A DNA stretch of 64,000 nucleotides from an uncultured virus (IMG/VR IMGVR_UViG_3300044712_002657). Taxonomy: Duplodnaviria; Heunggongvirae; Uroviricota; Caudoviricetes. Within the stretch, counting starts at the first letter, position 1. The number at the start of each line of letters is the position of its first letter. The DNA lies in IMG/VR virus record IMGVR_UViG_3300044712_002657. One strand, written 5' to 3'. Of the stretch, positions 28,392 through 37,905 are shown piece by piece. Made by a program: the position numbers and the translations under genes. The notes under the pieces are model-generated. The model made no database searches. It was not told the DNA's origin and worked only from the letters and a program-made list of their open reading frames with translations.

Positions 28392-31300
28392 TTAGCTTAC
28401 TTTTCTAGAGGTCATGAACTGGTCTTCGTTCTGCCACAATGTTCCGCCGTCCGTCGAGAGAAGCGACCTTAACCTTTTTTGGTCGTCTTCGAAAAATACG
28501 CGGAGATGTCCCCCGTCGGGTCTGACTATTGCAACTTGATGGGGGAGTATTCTTTCAGAAATGGTCTTGTCGGTCTTCTTCCTTTTTACTACGGTACTTT
28601 GGACTTCAATACCTCGTTCTGTCAACGTATCTGGAGTGCTTCCATCCTCATTCAAGTCGCCATATACCATTTGAGGCTTGATTTTTACAAGGGCTTCGAC
28701 AGATTGAGCAGGATTTCGCCTGAAGATTTGCTCCGGAAACCGATGGTATACAAGCTTGTTGTCGAAGATATAGAACAGGAAGATGTCTTCTTTTCCAGTG
28801 TCGTAAAAACACGTCGGCATCTCCCCGTCTTCAACGCCTTTATCGTCCTTCTTGCGTGGGAGGAAGAAGAAGTCCTCGGTTAGAGCCTCGGTCCAAGTTC
28901 CGCCGTTATCATTCGACTTTTTGACTCTGATCCTGTATCCGTCCCCGACGAACAGATAGAGGGTTCCATCCTTACATCTGCAAGCTGATATCGATTTGAT
29001 AGCCGCCGAGTTGCCGTTCCAAGCGTGTTGCGGCGGATTACCCTTGACAGCATTCAATTTGATATCTGTCTCCATGCCCGTCATGCCATTTTCAAGGTTC
29101 CCGTCGTAGGCGATGTCCGGCACGATACTTTGAATCTCTTTGGCTATCAACATTTCAGTACTGATATCATACTTGTTTTGTGCGCTATACGTCTTCTTTG
29201 TCGTAAATATTTCAACAGGGATATTCTTCATCATCACTCGATCTTTGTACTCATAGAAGAGAAGAACGGAGTTTATACCCCGAGTCGTCAAAAGGCACGG
29301 CATCTTGGCGTCTGGCGAGGCTCCGCCAAAGTCCTTTGCGTTTTCCTGTGTCATGCCTTCAGGTAGTCTAAGGACAACGTCTCTGATCGGAAAGAACGTA
29401 TTGCTCGTAGACGGCCGGAATCCCATGTCGATTCGTCCGTTACATTCGTAGGCTATAAAGGCGTGCCCGCGAGTATGCATCGCCGATCCAGAGACCGAGC
29501 CGGTTTGTAACGGAAAACTTTGGACTTCAAGCCTTAAGAGTTGCTTGTCAACATAGGTGTCAAGTGTTGTCGGCGGATCGATCGCAGGGACCTCTGTCGG
29601 CTTTGCAAGGAAATCCGCCGTCTTGCAACCCAAGATTTTACCAATCGAACTCCCCTTCGCGTTTTGGATATTAAAGCCGCCGAATTTAACAGCCGGAATC
29701 GGCAACGTTCTAGCAGGCGATGATTTAGCAGAGCTAGTCGGGATCGCCATCTCAAAGGATGGCGTTTGCCCACCTGCACCTGAATATAGTTCGACAACAG
29801 CGTTCGTTTCTCCAGGAACCGTATTCACGACCAAACAGGTTGGCAAAACATCCGCCCCAATGGAGACGGTCCCTTGCGCGCCACCAATACCCGTCGTATC
29901 AATCGGAGAATAGACTGGATGCATCGCGGCGGCACCCGCAGTCCGTTGAACGATCTCCCCAAGCTCAAAAGACTTAAGCTTCGAGTCTGTTAGCTTTACC
30001 TTGGAGCACGTCCATTGCTTGTCATCGAAAATTCTGTTTGCAACAGTCCCATTTTCCCCGCGAACTAGGACAGAAACAGACATACACGGATCGTAGAAAG
30101 CCGACATTCCTTGAGACGCAGGCTTTGTAGATACCAAAATCGCCGTATTCGATTGCCCAAAGACCTTCGTATTGTAGAAGTTGTGGGCAGCGTATTCCAA
30201 GCCAATCCTTGTATTCGGTCCATAGTCGGCGACGAAAGCAGGACCTTGGTAAACCCTATTTGTTACAATCTTGTTCTGACTTCCGACGTCTGACAAGCCG
30301 AACATGCTCTTGATCTGTAGTCGGGTCTGGTTAAAACGATCATTCTCTGCATTCGGCACGATAACGGCAATGAAGCTCGCGTCGTGTAAAGGTCCAGTAG
30401 CCATTTTAGCTTTGGCGTAAACAGTCGTATACGCCTTTTTTAGTGGTACCGGAGGAAAACTTTGAGATAACTCCGGTCCTGTTTCTGAGATGTTGTATAC
30501 GAAATGAAAGTCTTTTCCAGAAACACCATCGGGACCACGCTGGCTATCTAAAAAGTCTTGTATCTCGTCCGCTTGAGACGTAATCGCGGCTGCTGGCGTT
30601 CGTTCAATATTGGGCGGAAGAACACCGAATGTTTCGCTTAGTTTCCATTGACCGTCTACGAAAGCATAGCGAAAAATCATCACCCTTGATTCGCCATACG
30701 GCGCGGGAGTGGAAATGATCAAACTATTTGCCAACGCCTGTCCTTGGGCAATAGCTCCAGTTTGCAAATAGATTACGTCTCGGTAGTACGGCTTCTTGCA
30801 GGCGACGTAGCTAATGAACTGACCGTCCGCCTCAATGACGTTGGAGGCAACGTCTACCATTCGATGAGGGGCTTGCCCTTTGAACGGACAAAGAGGATTG
30901 GACACGGAATCAAACGGAGCATTGACCGACGGGTGTATCTTTTTGACAGTATTGGTTTCGCTGTGCTTTATGTACTCTTGTGAAGCCTTCGTTGAAAAAC
31001 TGTCGTTGGGACCGATAAATTTGGGTCCGCAATATACTGGCAAGAATACCTTATCTGGAACCGCGATGCCGCCGTCTACCCGCTGAAGACTCTCTGTAGG
31101 CAGATCAACAACGTCTTGACCATCAAAAACAATGACCGAAATTACGGATAGCGAACGGGTAGTTACCTGTCCAACAGTCTGCAATAATCCAAGGTCTATT
31201 CCGGCAGCGGCACGGCTTATGTTTGAAAAATCAGGTCTTTCGACAACTTGCTCGCAAATCTCGTAAGCCAACCTAGAAGCCGGAACCTGATTCCCTGAAA

Positions 31301-31433
31301 TGACCCCACGAGGGTCCGAGAAAGCAGGAGGGGTTGTCGGCTGCGTTCCAGCAGTCGGCGGAACGCTAAAGATAACCCTGTAGTTCGAGTCAAAGAGAGA
31401 CTGAAGGGTTTGGTATACGCCGAAGGATTCCAT
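28392..31433 (-). CDS. Virion structural protein with C-terminal Asp-box (BNR) repeats
   Basis: 1013 aa directly after the tape measure gene; SNDNGGTW and STDGGTLW Asp-box motifs. Confidence 0.6.
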   Translation of the reverse strand: MESFGVYQTLQSLFDSNYRVIFSVPPTAGTQPTTPPAFSDPRGVISGNQVPASRLAYEICEQVVERPDFSNISRAAAGIDLGLLQTVGQVTTRSLSVISVIVFDGQDVVDLPTESLQRVDGGIAVPDKVFLPVYCGPKFIGPNDSFSTKASQEYIKHSETNTVKKIHPSVNAPFDSVSNPLCPFKGQAPHRMVDVASNVIEADGQFISYVACKKPYYRDVIYLQTGAIAQGQALANSLIISTPAPYGESRVMIFRYAFVDGQWKLSETFGVLPPNIERTPAAAITSQADEIQDFLDSQRGPDGVSGKDFHFVYNISETGPELSQSFPPVPLKKAYTTVYAKAKMATGPLHDASFIAVIVPNAENDRFNQTRLQIKSMFGLSDVGSQNKIVTNRVYQGPAFVADYGPNTRIGLEYAAHNFYNTKVFGQSNTAILVSTKPASQGMSAFYDPCMSVSVLVRGENGTVANRIFDDKQWTCSKVKLTDSKLKSFELGEIVQRTAGAAAMHPVYSPIDTTGIGGAQGTVSIGADVLPTCLVVNTVPGETNAVVELYSGAGGQTPSFEMAIPTSSAKSSPARTLPIPAVKFGGFNIQNAKGSSIGKILGCKTADFLAKPTEVPAIDPPTTLDTYVDKQLLRLEVQSFPLQTGSVSGSAMHTRGHAFIAYECNGRIDMGFRPSTSNTFFPIRDVVLRLPEGMTQENAKDFGGASPDAKMPCLLTTRGINSVLLFYEYKDRVMMKNIPVEIFTTKKTYSAQNKYDISTEMLIAKEIQSIVPDIAYDGNLENGMTGMETDIKLNAVKGNPPQHAWNGNSAAIKSISACRCKDGTLYLFVGDGYRIRVKKSNDNGGTWTEALTEDFFFLPRKKDDKGVEDGEMPTCFYDTGKEDIFLFYIFDNKLVYHRFPEQIFRRNPAQSVEALVKIKPQMVYGDLNEDGSTPDTLTERGIEVQSTVVKRKKTDKTISERILPHQVAIVRPDGGHLRVFFEDDQKRLRSLLSTDGGTLWQNEDQFMTSRKVS

Positions 31434-31439
31434 GTAGCC

Positions 31440-34400
31440 TTAGTGGCTTTCTTCGAATCGCCTGCCCGTAGTTCCGTAAGGGACCATCATTTTGTTAAGT
31501 TGACCAGCTAATTGTTGATTTACACTCTTCAGGATTCTATTTACGCTATCTCCCTTAACAGCAATACTAATTTGCGGAGAACCACCCGCCATACCGCCCA
31601 TTCTGGCATCTGTAGGCGCCATGCCGACAATACCGCCGGTTGCATAATGATGTTTGTTTGCACTTTGCAGGAATGGAAGAATCCGGCGCGCGACGTCTTT
31701 TTTAACAACAAACTCGCCAGGCGTCAACATAGCCGGTTGGGTATCCCCGCTGCCAACTCCAGGAACAACACCGCCGCCTGCGAAGCCCAAGATACTGCTG
31801 ACTAAGTCGTCCCAACCAGCGGACTCGCCTCGACCAGCGTTCATCTTGCCGCCAGCACCAAGCGACGCAGACGTTCTCAGCGAATCTGTCGATCCGGCTT
31901 TCGGAATCATGTCTTTGCCTTGTTGCAACTGCTTGTCTGCGGTTTTGCTGATGTTCTCGGTATTCTTGGCAATCTTAGACAACTCGTTGGCTCTATTGCT
32001 CATTTCTCCCATAGCACCAGTTACGGAACTGCGGTATTCTTTTTTGGCGATGATACCATTTGCTGTTTTGACAAGGTCGGCAGGGTTAATAACACGGTAG
32101 TCGTATTCGCCCTTGCCTTTTTGGAGAACGCGCGTTTGCCCTCTTTCTCGTAGGACTTGACCGCCTTTGCTTTGCTGGTCCTTAATCCAATCCTCTTCAA
32201 ATTTCTTTCGGCGATCTTGCGATGCCTGCCTCCAGCCAGTCGTATCGATGCCGTTGCTTCGCTCTTGTCGATTAAGACGATACGCATCTTCCGCAGTTAG
32301 CTTACGCCCGCCGCGTGCTGACGCGCCATGCTTACCGATACCTACATCGGAATGGAAAGAACCCATTCTATCGGAATCAACACCTTTCTGAATCTCAGCT
32401 ATCTTGCTTTGCAACGTCGCGATCTTCGCGTCGTACTCGACATTGCTCGATCCACCTGGTTGACCCGATCTTGTATCTGTTTCTCCAATGGTCTGTTTCG
32501 CAAACTCTTTGGCTATCTCGATAGACCCGCCGCTTCTCTTCAATGCGTTGGCAACGCCGATCTCAACGTGCTTAGACATGTTATTGTCAAGCTTCTGGAC
32601 AGAAGTCGCCGCCGGGTCGTTGGCTCCGCCGGCCATGATCGCACCTTGCTGTCCAGGCGACATACCAGCCATTGCCGACATCGGAGTTGCGCGAGCTTTT
32701 CTGTTGAAAATGTCGCCAAGACCGCGAGACTCGTAGAGCTTATTGATATCGCCTTCTCCGGCGACGTGAAGCTGCCCGCTGCCAGAGTCGAACTTGGCAT
32801 AAGCAGAATTTAGACCACCTTTACCGCCCGCGCCCGCACTGGAGCTTGCCATGAAGTTGCGGATGTTGGTCCCCATACCCTGCTCTTTTTTAGTAATGAT
32901 CTTAGCAAAAGAGCCTTCGACGTTGTTAAAGGAAGCGATTGCGTTTAGGTAACCTTCGCGCAGATTCTTTGTAAGTTCGAGCTTTTTCTGTTCAAGATTG
33001 ACCGACTTCTGCTGCCAATTCATATACTGAGCATAAGCGTCCTTGTCAGCACGGAGCTTGTTCATGTCATTACCGTACTGTTCCAAAATTGCCTTGGCAG
33101 TCTGTTGCGCATAAGTCGCCTGTTCTTCGTACAGCGATACCATTTGTGTCTGCATCTGAATCTGTTGGGACAATCCGAGATACATTGACTTCGCCAAATT
33201 GTATTGCGACTCGGCAAGATTTGCCTCTGCCTCAAGCTTTGAGTAATTCGCTTCGTATTGCTGACCAATGCCGCGCATGGCTTCTCTTTGAGCCTTTTGG
33301 AACTCCAGCAACTTCTTCTGCTCCTGTTGCCGCTGCATTTCATTCAAGCCCGTTTGGCTGGCGACTTCTCTTTGCTTTGCAATCAGTGCGTCATACGATT
33401 GGATAACAGCCTTTTGATTTTCTACAGCCTTCTCGGTGTCGCCTTCGTATTCGCGAGAGTATTCAGCTTGAGCAGCTTTAGCGTTTACCAAGGCTTCATT
33501 TTCTTTAGCAAGCTTTCCGACTTCGTTAATCATTCCAGTAACGAAGGAAAGCTCGTCCCTGCCACCTATTAGACTTCCACCTTCCAAGGCCGCGTTCTTG
33601 GCGTCTTTTAGACGACCTACTTTCGCAGCCAAACTGGTAATTGAGGTTTCAAGTTCTTGCAGTTCTTTTTGTTCGCTCGCCGTCCCAGATCCCGAAGCCT
33701 TCCGACGCGACAAATCCGCCATTTTTTGAGTAAGTTCAGCTTCCATGGCTGGCAAAGCGGACTCATCAAGTTCGGGTTCGACAGGCACCTTGATTTCTTT
33801 GTTATTAAACATTTTACCAGAAAAAAGGTCTTTTACCGCATCTATCGGTCCATCTAACCAACCGAGAGCGTACGCAATTCCTCCGAGCGCGGCAGCAACA
33901 GCCCCAACAGTAAGCAGCACTGGAGCCCATGCTATGTTAACAGCAACTCCGGTCGCAGCCATAATCGATCCAACACCCGAAACCAATCCGCCCAAACCGG
34001 CAATTAGCGGTCCTAGAACGGTAATAGCCGCGCCGATTCCAGTAAAAATAGCAATCCATTTAACGGCTTGAGGGTGTTGTTTTAGCCATAGCCCCATACT
34101 CTTGACAACTTGTACGATTTGGGTATCGATGTAAGTAAAGAGCGACTTTAATTCTGGACCGAGTTGCTTGACAAAATCATCGGCGGATTTGTACAAGGCG
34201 CGTTGAAGCGTAGCAAGATTGTTTATTTCCGTACCTGTCCCTGTTGCGTTGTTCTTCATGTCAAGAAACTCTTGAGCGAGTGCTTGAACCGAGTTTATAG
34301 TCTCGTCGCTTGCTCCGCTGAGAGCCTTGACTTTTTGACCTAGTTCATGAACGCTTTGCTGGTCCTTGAGCTTTTCAAATTCTTCATAAATGCCAGGAAC

Positions 34401-34952
34401 GGCTTGTTTTAAGTTTACGATGACGCTAATGGCATGCATACCTTCTTCTGAGCTTGTCCCGAAGGCTTTGTCGGCGGCTTCAGCAAACTTCATCATTTGC
34501 GCCGTCGATGCTTGAACGCCTTGTCGTGACGACGCAAACGTATTCATAATTTGCGCCAACTGCGTTCTTGTATAGAGCGTCTTTCCGCCGAGCTTATCAA
34601 TTGTGTCTTGAAAACCCTTCATCGACTGACCAGTTACCTTGGCAGTCCTACTCAGGGCGAACGTCTGCTTGTCGACGTCCATTATGTTGTTTTTCAAACC
34701 GTTCAGCGTCGCGTCGATCCCTAACGCGCCAAGCAATCCAGTTACAGCACCCTTTAGCTGGTTAAACCCTTTCATCATGCCGCCGACCGATTTGGACAAA
34801 CCAGTCAACGCATGGTCGCAAGCGGTAGCCTTTTGCGCGACTTGACCGAACCCACGAACAGGCTCGTCGGCATTGAACTGCATGGTAACGGGAATGTTTA
34901 CACCATTCCCGCTACCAGCATCAGGCGCAAAACATATATGTCTTGGGATCAT
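31440..34952 (-). CDS. Tail tape measure protein
   Basis: 1170 aa, helical and A/G/Q/K-rich, with a central hydrophobic segment and C-terminal FAGGGVVPG..GDTQPAMLTPGEFVV motif; follows the chaperones and tube gene. Confidence 0.88.
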   Translation of the reverse strand: MIPRHICFAPDAGSGNGVNIPVTMQFNADEPVRGFGQVAQKATACDHALTGLSKSVGGMMKGFNQLKGAVTGLLGALGIDATLNGLKNNIMDVDKQTFALSRTAKVTGQSMKGFQDTIDKLGGKTLYTRTQLAQIMNTFASSRQGVQASTAQMMKFAEAADKAFGTSSEEGMHAISVIVNLKQAVPGIYEEFEKLKDQQSVHELGQKVKALSGASDETINSVQALAQEFLDMKNNATGTGTEINNLATLQRALYKSADDFVKQLGPELKSLFTYIDTQIVQVVKSMGLWLKQHPQAVKWIAIFTGIGAAITVLGPLIAGLGGLVSGVGSIMAATGVAVNIAWAPVLLTVGAVAAALGGIAYALGWLDGPIDAVKDLFSGKMFNNKEIKVPVEPELDESALPAMEAELTQKMADLSRRKASGSGTASEQKELQELETSITSLAAKVGRLKDAKNAALEGGSLIGGRDELSFVTGMINEVGKLAKENEALVNAKAAQAEYSREYEGDTEKAVENQKAVIQSYDALIAKQREVASQTGLNEMQRQQEQKKLLEFQKAQREAMRGIGQQYEANYSKLEAEANLAESQYNLAKSMYLGLSQQIQMQTQMVSLYEEQATYAQQTAKAILEQYGNDMNKLRADKDAYAQYMNWQQKSVNLEQKKLELTKNLREGYLNAIASFNNVEGSFAKIITKKEQGMGTNIRNFMASSSAGAGGKGGLNSAYAKFDSGSGQLHVAGEGDINKLYESRGLGDIFNRKARATPMSAMAGMSPGQQGAIMAGGANDPAATSVQKLDNNMSKHVEIGVANALKRSGGSIEIAKEFAKQTIGETDTRSGQPGGSSNVEYDAKIATLQSKIAEIQKGVDSDRMGSFHSDVGIGKHGASARGGRKLTAEDAYRLNRQERSNGIDTTGWRQASQDRRKKFEEDWIKDQQSKGGQVLRERGQTRVLQKGKGEYDYRVINPADLVKTANGIIAKKEYRSSVTGAMGEMSNRANELSKIAKNTENISKTADKQLQQGKDMIPKAGSTDSLRTSASLGAGGKMNAGRGESAGWDDLVSSILGFAGGGVVPGVGSGDTQPAMLTPGEFVVKKDVARRILPFLQSANKHHYATGGIVGMAPTDARMGGMAGGSPQISIAVKGDSVNRILKSVNQQLAGQLNKMMVPYGTTGRRFEESH

Positions 34953-34966
34953 GGACTACTTTCCGC

Positions 34967-35368
34967 TTAGATCGTTTGTCCGGGAAGGTTACTGAGCCGC
35001 GCGAACAAGTGCTGGACAAGCACCGGATCAAGCTTGCCTATATTCTCTTTAGAGACGGGGCGCTTCTTTCCCTCTTTGGTTTGCAGGGTCCAGTCCTTCA
35101 AAAGGGTCTTGATTTTGACATCTACGAACCGCATTGCGTCTGCCGGATTGACATTCATGTCGTTTGTTACAACCGACGGTCTCACGACAGAGCTTGCCAA
35201 ACTTGCCGTCAGGATCTTCGTATCGTCCCACGTAGTTCGGCGGAAGGTAAAGGTCTCGACAGCGCAGTCTGGTTCTTCCTTGTCAAAGTAAAGCATCTCT
35301 TTAGCTGGACCTTCCTTGGCCCAAACCTTGATCTCGACAACGTCAGATTCTTCAATGAACAAACCCAT
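34967..35368 (-). CDS. Tail assembly chaperone-like protein (paralog of 35638-36060)
   Basis: MGLFI start, LKDWTL and ENIGKLDP; sits between tube and tape measure genes. Confidence 0.65.
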   Translation of the reverse strand: MGLFIEESDVVEIKVWAKEGPAKEMLYFDKEEPDCAVETFTFRRTTWDDTKILTASLASSVVRPSVVTNDMNVNPADAMRFVDVKIKTLLKDWTLQTKEGKKRPVSKENIGKLDPVLVQHLFARLSNLPGQTI

Positions 35369-35380
35369 AGTTCTCTCCGT

Positions 35381-35647
35381 TTATTGCTGCTCAAACGACT
35401 GTAAAAGCGCCATACGTTTTTCGTCGCTTGGCGGACCTAAGTTCTCAAGTGCGTCACGAGACACACGTTGCTGTTCTAGGACTGTAAATATCTCTTTCAT
35501 CTTCCAGAAGGAGATCTTATCCGTGTCATCAGGTCCCCAACCTTGGAACCTGTCCCATAATGAAATCTCAATGCAAATCGTCGGCGGGTATTCTCCAGGC
35601 GACAGCCGACCCGTATAGTACAAGTGCGCCTGGAATGCTAGTTTTTT
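35381..35647 (-). CDS. C-terminal extension of the tail chaperone (gpT-like), reached by -1 frameshift
   Basis: The -1 frame is open from the A-AAA-AAC site: KLAFQAHLYYTGRLSPGEYPP... Confidence 0.7.
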   Translation of the reverse strand, partial: KKLAFQAHLYYTGRLSPGEYPPTICIEISLWDRFQGWGPDDTDKISFWKMKEIFTVLEQQRVSRDALENLGPPSDEKRMALLQSFEQQ

Positions 35648-36060
35648 AGGTATTCCTCGGTCGGCAAGTTGTGTGCATTGTACTTTTCGATCAACGCATA
35701 GGCGACTGCTGGATCAAGCGTCGCAATGTTCTCCGAAGTGCAAGGGACCTTATCCCCCTTGTCGTCAACAGCATCCCAATGTTTCATGCACTTTTCCATG
35801 ATAAGAGCACGGAGCAAGAACTGGTCAACATCCTTTTCTCCCTTAACGGGATCAAAAAGAGTCGCCTCTTGGAGAAGACTAATCTGCTCCTTGAAGTTCA
35901 ACCGAATCCATTGGGTTTGAAGTTCCTTGACCTGTCCGGCGTACTTAACCTCGTCCTCTTCAGTCTTGATGATATAAACAGCCGACCCGCCGCCTGCGAG
36001 CGGCACGTCAATGTACTTGATGTCGATTGGAAATAGTTCTGGTGTTACGAATAGGCCCAT
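35638..36060 (-). CDS. Tail assembly chaperone (gpG-like)
   Basis: MGLFV start, MKHWDA and ENIATLDP; ends YLKN* at the slippery heptamer; directly after the tube gene. Confidence 0.75.
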   Translation of the reverse strand: MGLFVTPELFPIDIKYIDVPLAGGGSAVYIIKTEEDEVKYAGQVKELQTQWIRLNFKEQISLLQEATLFDPVKGEKDVDQFLLRALIMEKCMKHWDAVDDKGDKVPCTSENIATLDPAVAYALIEKYNAHNLPTEEYLKN

Positions 36061-36125
36061 ATGACAGTATCTCCCCGTCAATGCATGTAGGTGGGATTTC
36101 ACAATACATGGTGATTATACAGCAC

Positions 36126-36150
36126 AAAATAAGGGGCGTTTCCGCCCCTT
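36126..36150 (-). terminator. Terminator after the tail tube gene
   Basis: AAGGGGCG-GAAA-CGCCCCTT-ATTTT. Confidence 0.85.
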
Positions 36151-36166
36151 GACACTTGCAGTTAGT

Positions 36167-37027
36167 TTATTCGAATGCCTTGCCGCCGCCGTCAGCGTGT
36201 GCATACCAGTTGACGGTCGAGGTGATGACGCTCGGTTGAGCTTCGAGACTTTGGTATTCGTAGATGATGTTCTTGAACGTCTTGGAGAATCCAGTCTTCG
36301 TCGCGATAGTAATCGTAGCGTCTGGACTCGTCTTGTTCTGGTTCTGGTCAGCCAATTCTTCTGTTGGCGCAAAGCCCTGGAACCCCAACTGCCCGCTGAT
36401 GTTTCTCTTGCCAGTCGAGATGTTGTTCGGGAAGTAGCCAGAAGACGGACAGAACGTATAGTTTCTGCTGAGATTGTTGTTGATCGTTAAGGACAGTTCC
36501 CTGACGTCGCAACCGCTGCCGATGCCTGTTCCGGAGATCAGAACGTCAGCCCATGCGAGAACGCGAATTGGCTTGCCCGAGACAGGCGCGACGGACGTAC
36601 CGCCGACGATGACTGCGTCCGTACCCCAAAAGCCGCACGTCGCATCCATTCTTTCGCCTGCTGTAGCTCTGAGTTCAAGCTGGCTTACGCGGCAATCGTT
36701 GAATCGGCGACCCTTTTGGTGACCGTACGTTACGACAATCGGTCCGAACTGAGTCAATTCGCCATCGTTGTCGCGTTGTGTTGCAATGTCGAAGAGGAAG
36801 TCAAGACTTCCAGCGGAAGAGGGATCAGCCAATACAGGGAACTGGACGTCGCCTTCCGTTTCGATGCCTTTAAGCTGGTAGATCGTCCAATCCACAGTAC
36901 CGTCGATAACGTCAGGATGATCGATAGTCTGCTTCATGTTCAGCGACGAGGAAGTTGCGCGAACCGAAGCTCGTCCGAAGATTGAGATGCCGCCAATGTA
37001 ACCCATCGGGGCCGGTTTGCTTGCCAT
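36167..37027 (-). CDS. Major tail tube protein
   Basis: 286 aa, beta-rich; ELSLTINNNL..Y..P..ISTGKRNISGQL pattern; GGAGG SD, followed by a terminator, upstream of chaperones and tape measure. Confidence 0.75.
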   Translation of the reverse strand: MASKPAPMGYIGGISIFGRASVRATSSSLNMKQTIDHPDVIDGTVDWTIYQLKGIETEGDVQFPVLADPSSAGSLDFLFDIATQRDNDGELTQFGPIVVTYGHQKGRRFNDCRVSQLELRATAGERMDATCGFWGTDAVIVGGTSVAPVSGKPIRVLAWADVLISGTGIGSGCDVRELSLTINNNLSRNYTFCPSSGYFPNNISTGKRNISGQLGFQGFAPTEELADQNQNKTSPDATITIATKTGFSKTFKNIIYEYQSLEAQPSVITSTVNWYAHADGGGKAFE

Positions 37028-37047
37028 CTGTATGCCTCCCGTGCCGT

Positions 37048-37410
37048 TTACTCTATGTTCTGTAAATTGATCGGGCTACCCAAAGCAGACGACAAATCCG
37101 CAAAGTCTTGCCCTACCTTCAAACCGTGCGTATACAGATAGTCATTAAACGTCTGGCCGCTTCTGTCCGCTACATGTCTTTCAAGAGCTATTGTTGCCTC
37201 TCTAAGCAGATTCGCTGTTCGGAGAGGAGCAACCTTTTCGAGGTTGCTGTTAAACTTTTCCAACAACGCCAACTCTACATCTACATCGCCCGAGTCTGCG
37301 GCAAGTTCGAGTCCCGATTGGACCTGTTCCTCGACGAGAGTAAGGTACATGTACCCTGACCCAAGCAAGGATTGAAACTGATAAAGGTCCGCGTCGGAAA
37401 CGATGCCCAT
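37048..37410 (-). CDS. Hypothetical protein, paralog of 37422-37820
   Basis: Shares VS..DLYQFQSL..HV..R..YL..VGQDFADLS..G..I..I pattern. Confidence 0.65.
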   Translation of the reverse strand: MGIVSDADLYQFQSLLGSGYMYLTLVEEQVQSGLELAADSGDVDVELALLEKFNSNLEKVAPLRTANLLREATIALERHVADRSGQTFNDYLYTHGLKVGQDFADLSSALGSPINLQNIE

Positions 37411-37421
37411 TTCGGCTCCAA

Positions 37422-37820
37422 TTACAGGATGTAGTCGCCGTCGATAACGAAACCACCGATTTCCGAAAGATCAGCGTACTTTTGCGGAACCTGAATGCTC
37501 TTGTTCGCGAAATAGGCGTTCAAGCGGGTAGATACCGTTCCAGTCGCCGTCGGGTCATAGCGGTTGATCGCGTGCGTATTGAGAGACGTACATACCGCCG
37601 CCCAAATATTGTCAACAGCTACACCGTCCATTCGTACCATGTGGTCGTACAGCGGGTTGACCAAGTCAACGCTTGGTGCCGCGTCGTCCAACTGAACGAC
37701 ATAGTCCAAACCTGTCTGCGCGATGTCTGCGCCGGACGCTACTGCGTACGTTTGGTTGACGATGTTGTTCGCGAGATACTCGAACTGCGTCTTGCTCAAA
37801 ACTACGTTAGGGATTGCCAT
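37422..37820 (-). CDS. Hypothetical (likely virion) protein
   Basis: 132 aa, AGGAG SD, first gene after a putative late promoter. Confidence 0.65.
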   Translation of the reverse strand: MAIPNVVLSKTQFEYLANNIVNQTYAVASGADIAQTGLDYVVQLDDAAPSVDLVNPLYDHMVRMDGVAVDNIWAAVCTSLNTHAINRYDPTATGTVSTRLNAYFANKSIQVPQKYADLSEIGGFVIDGDYIL

Positions 37821-37874
37821 CTGTTGTCTCCTAGTCCCTCGCGACTGTCAATCGCGGTCGGTCTCTTTGCTCTA

Positions 37875-37900
37875 TTCCGAAGACCCGCTGCGTTTTCCTT
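37875..37900 (-). promoter_or_regulatory. Putative late promoter AAGG-N19-GAATA
   Basis: Recurring motif, upstream of the tube operon. Confidence 0.7.
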
Positions 37901-37905
37901 CTCTT

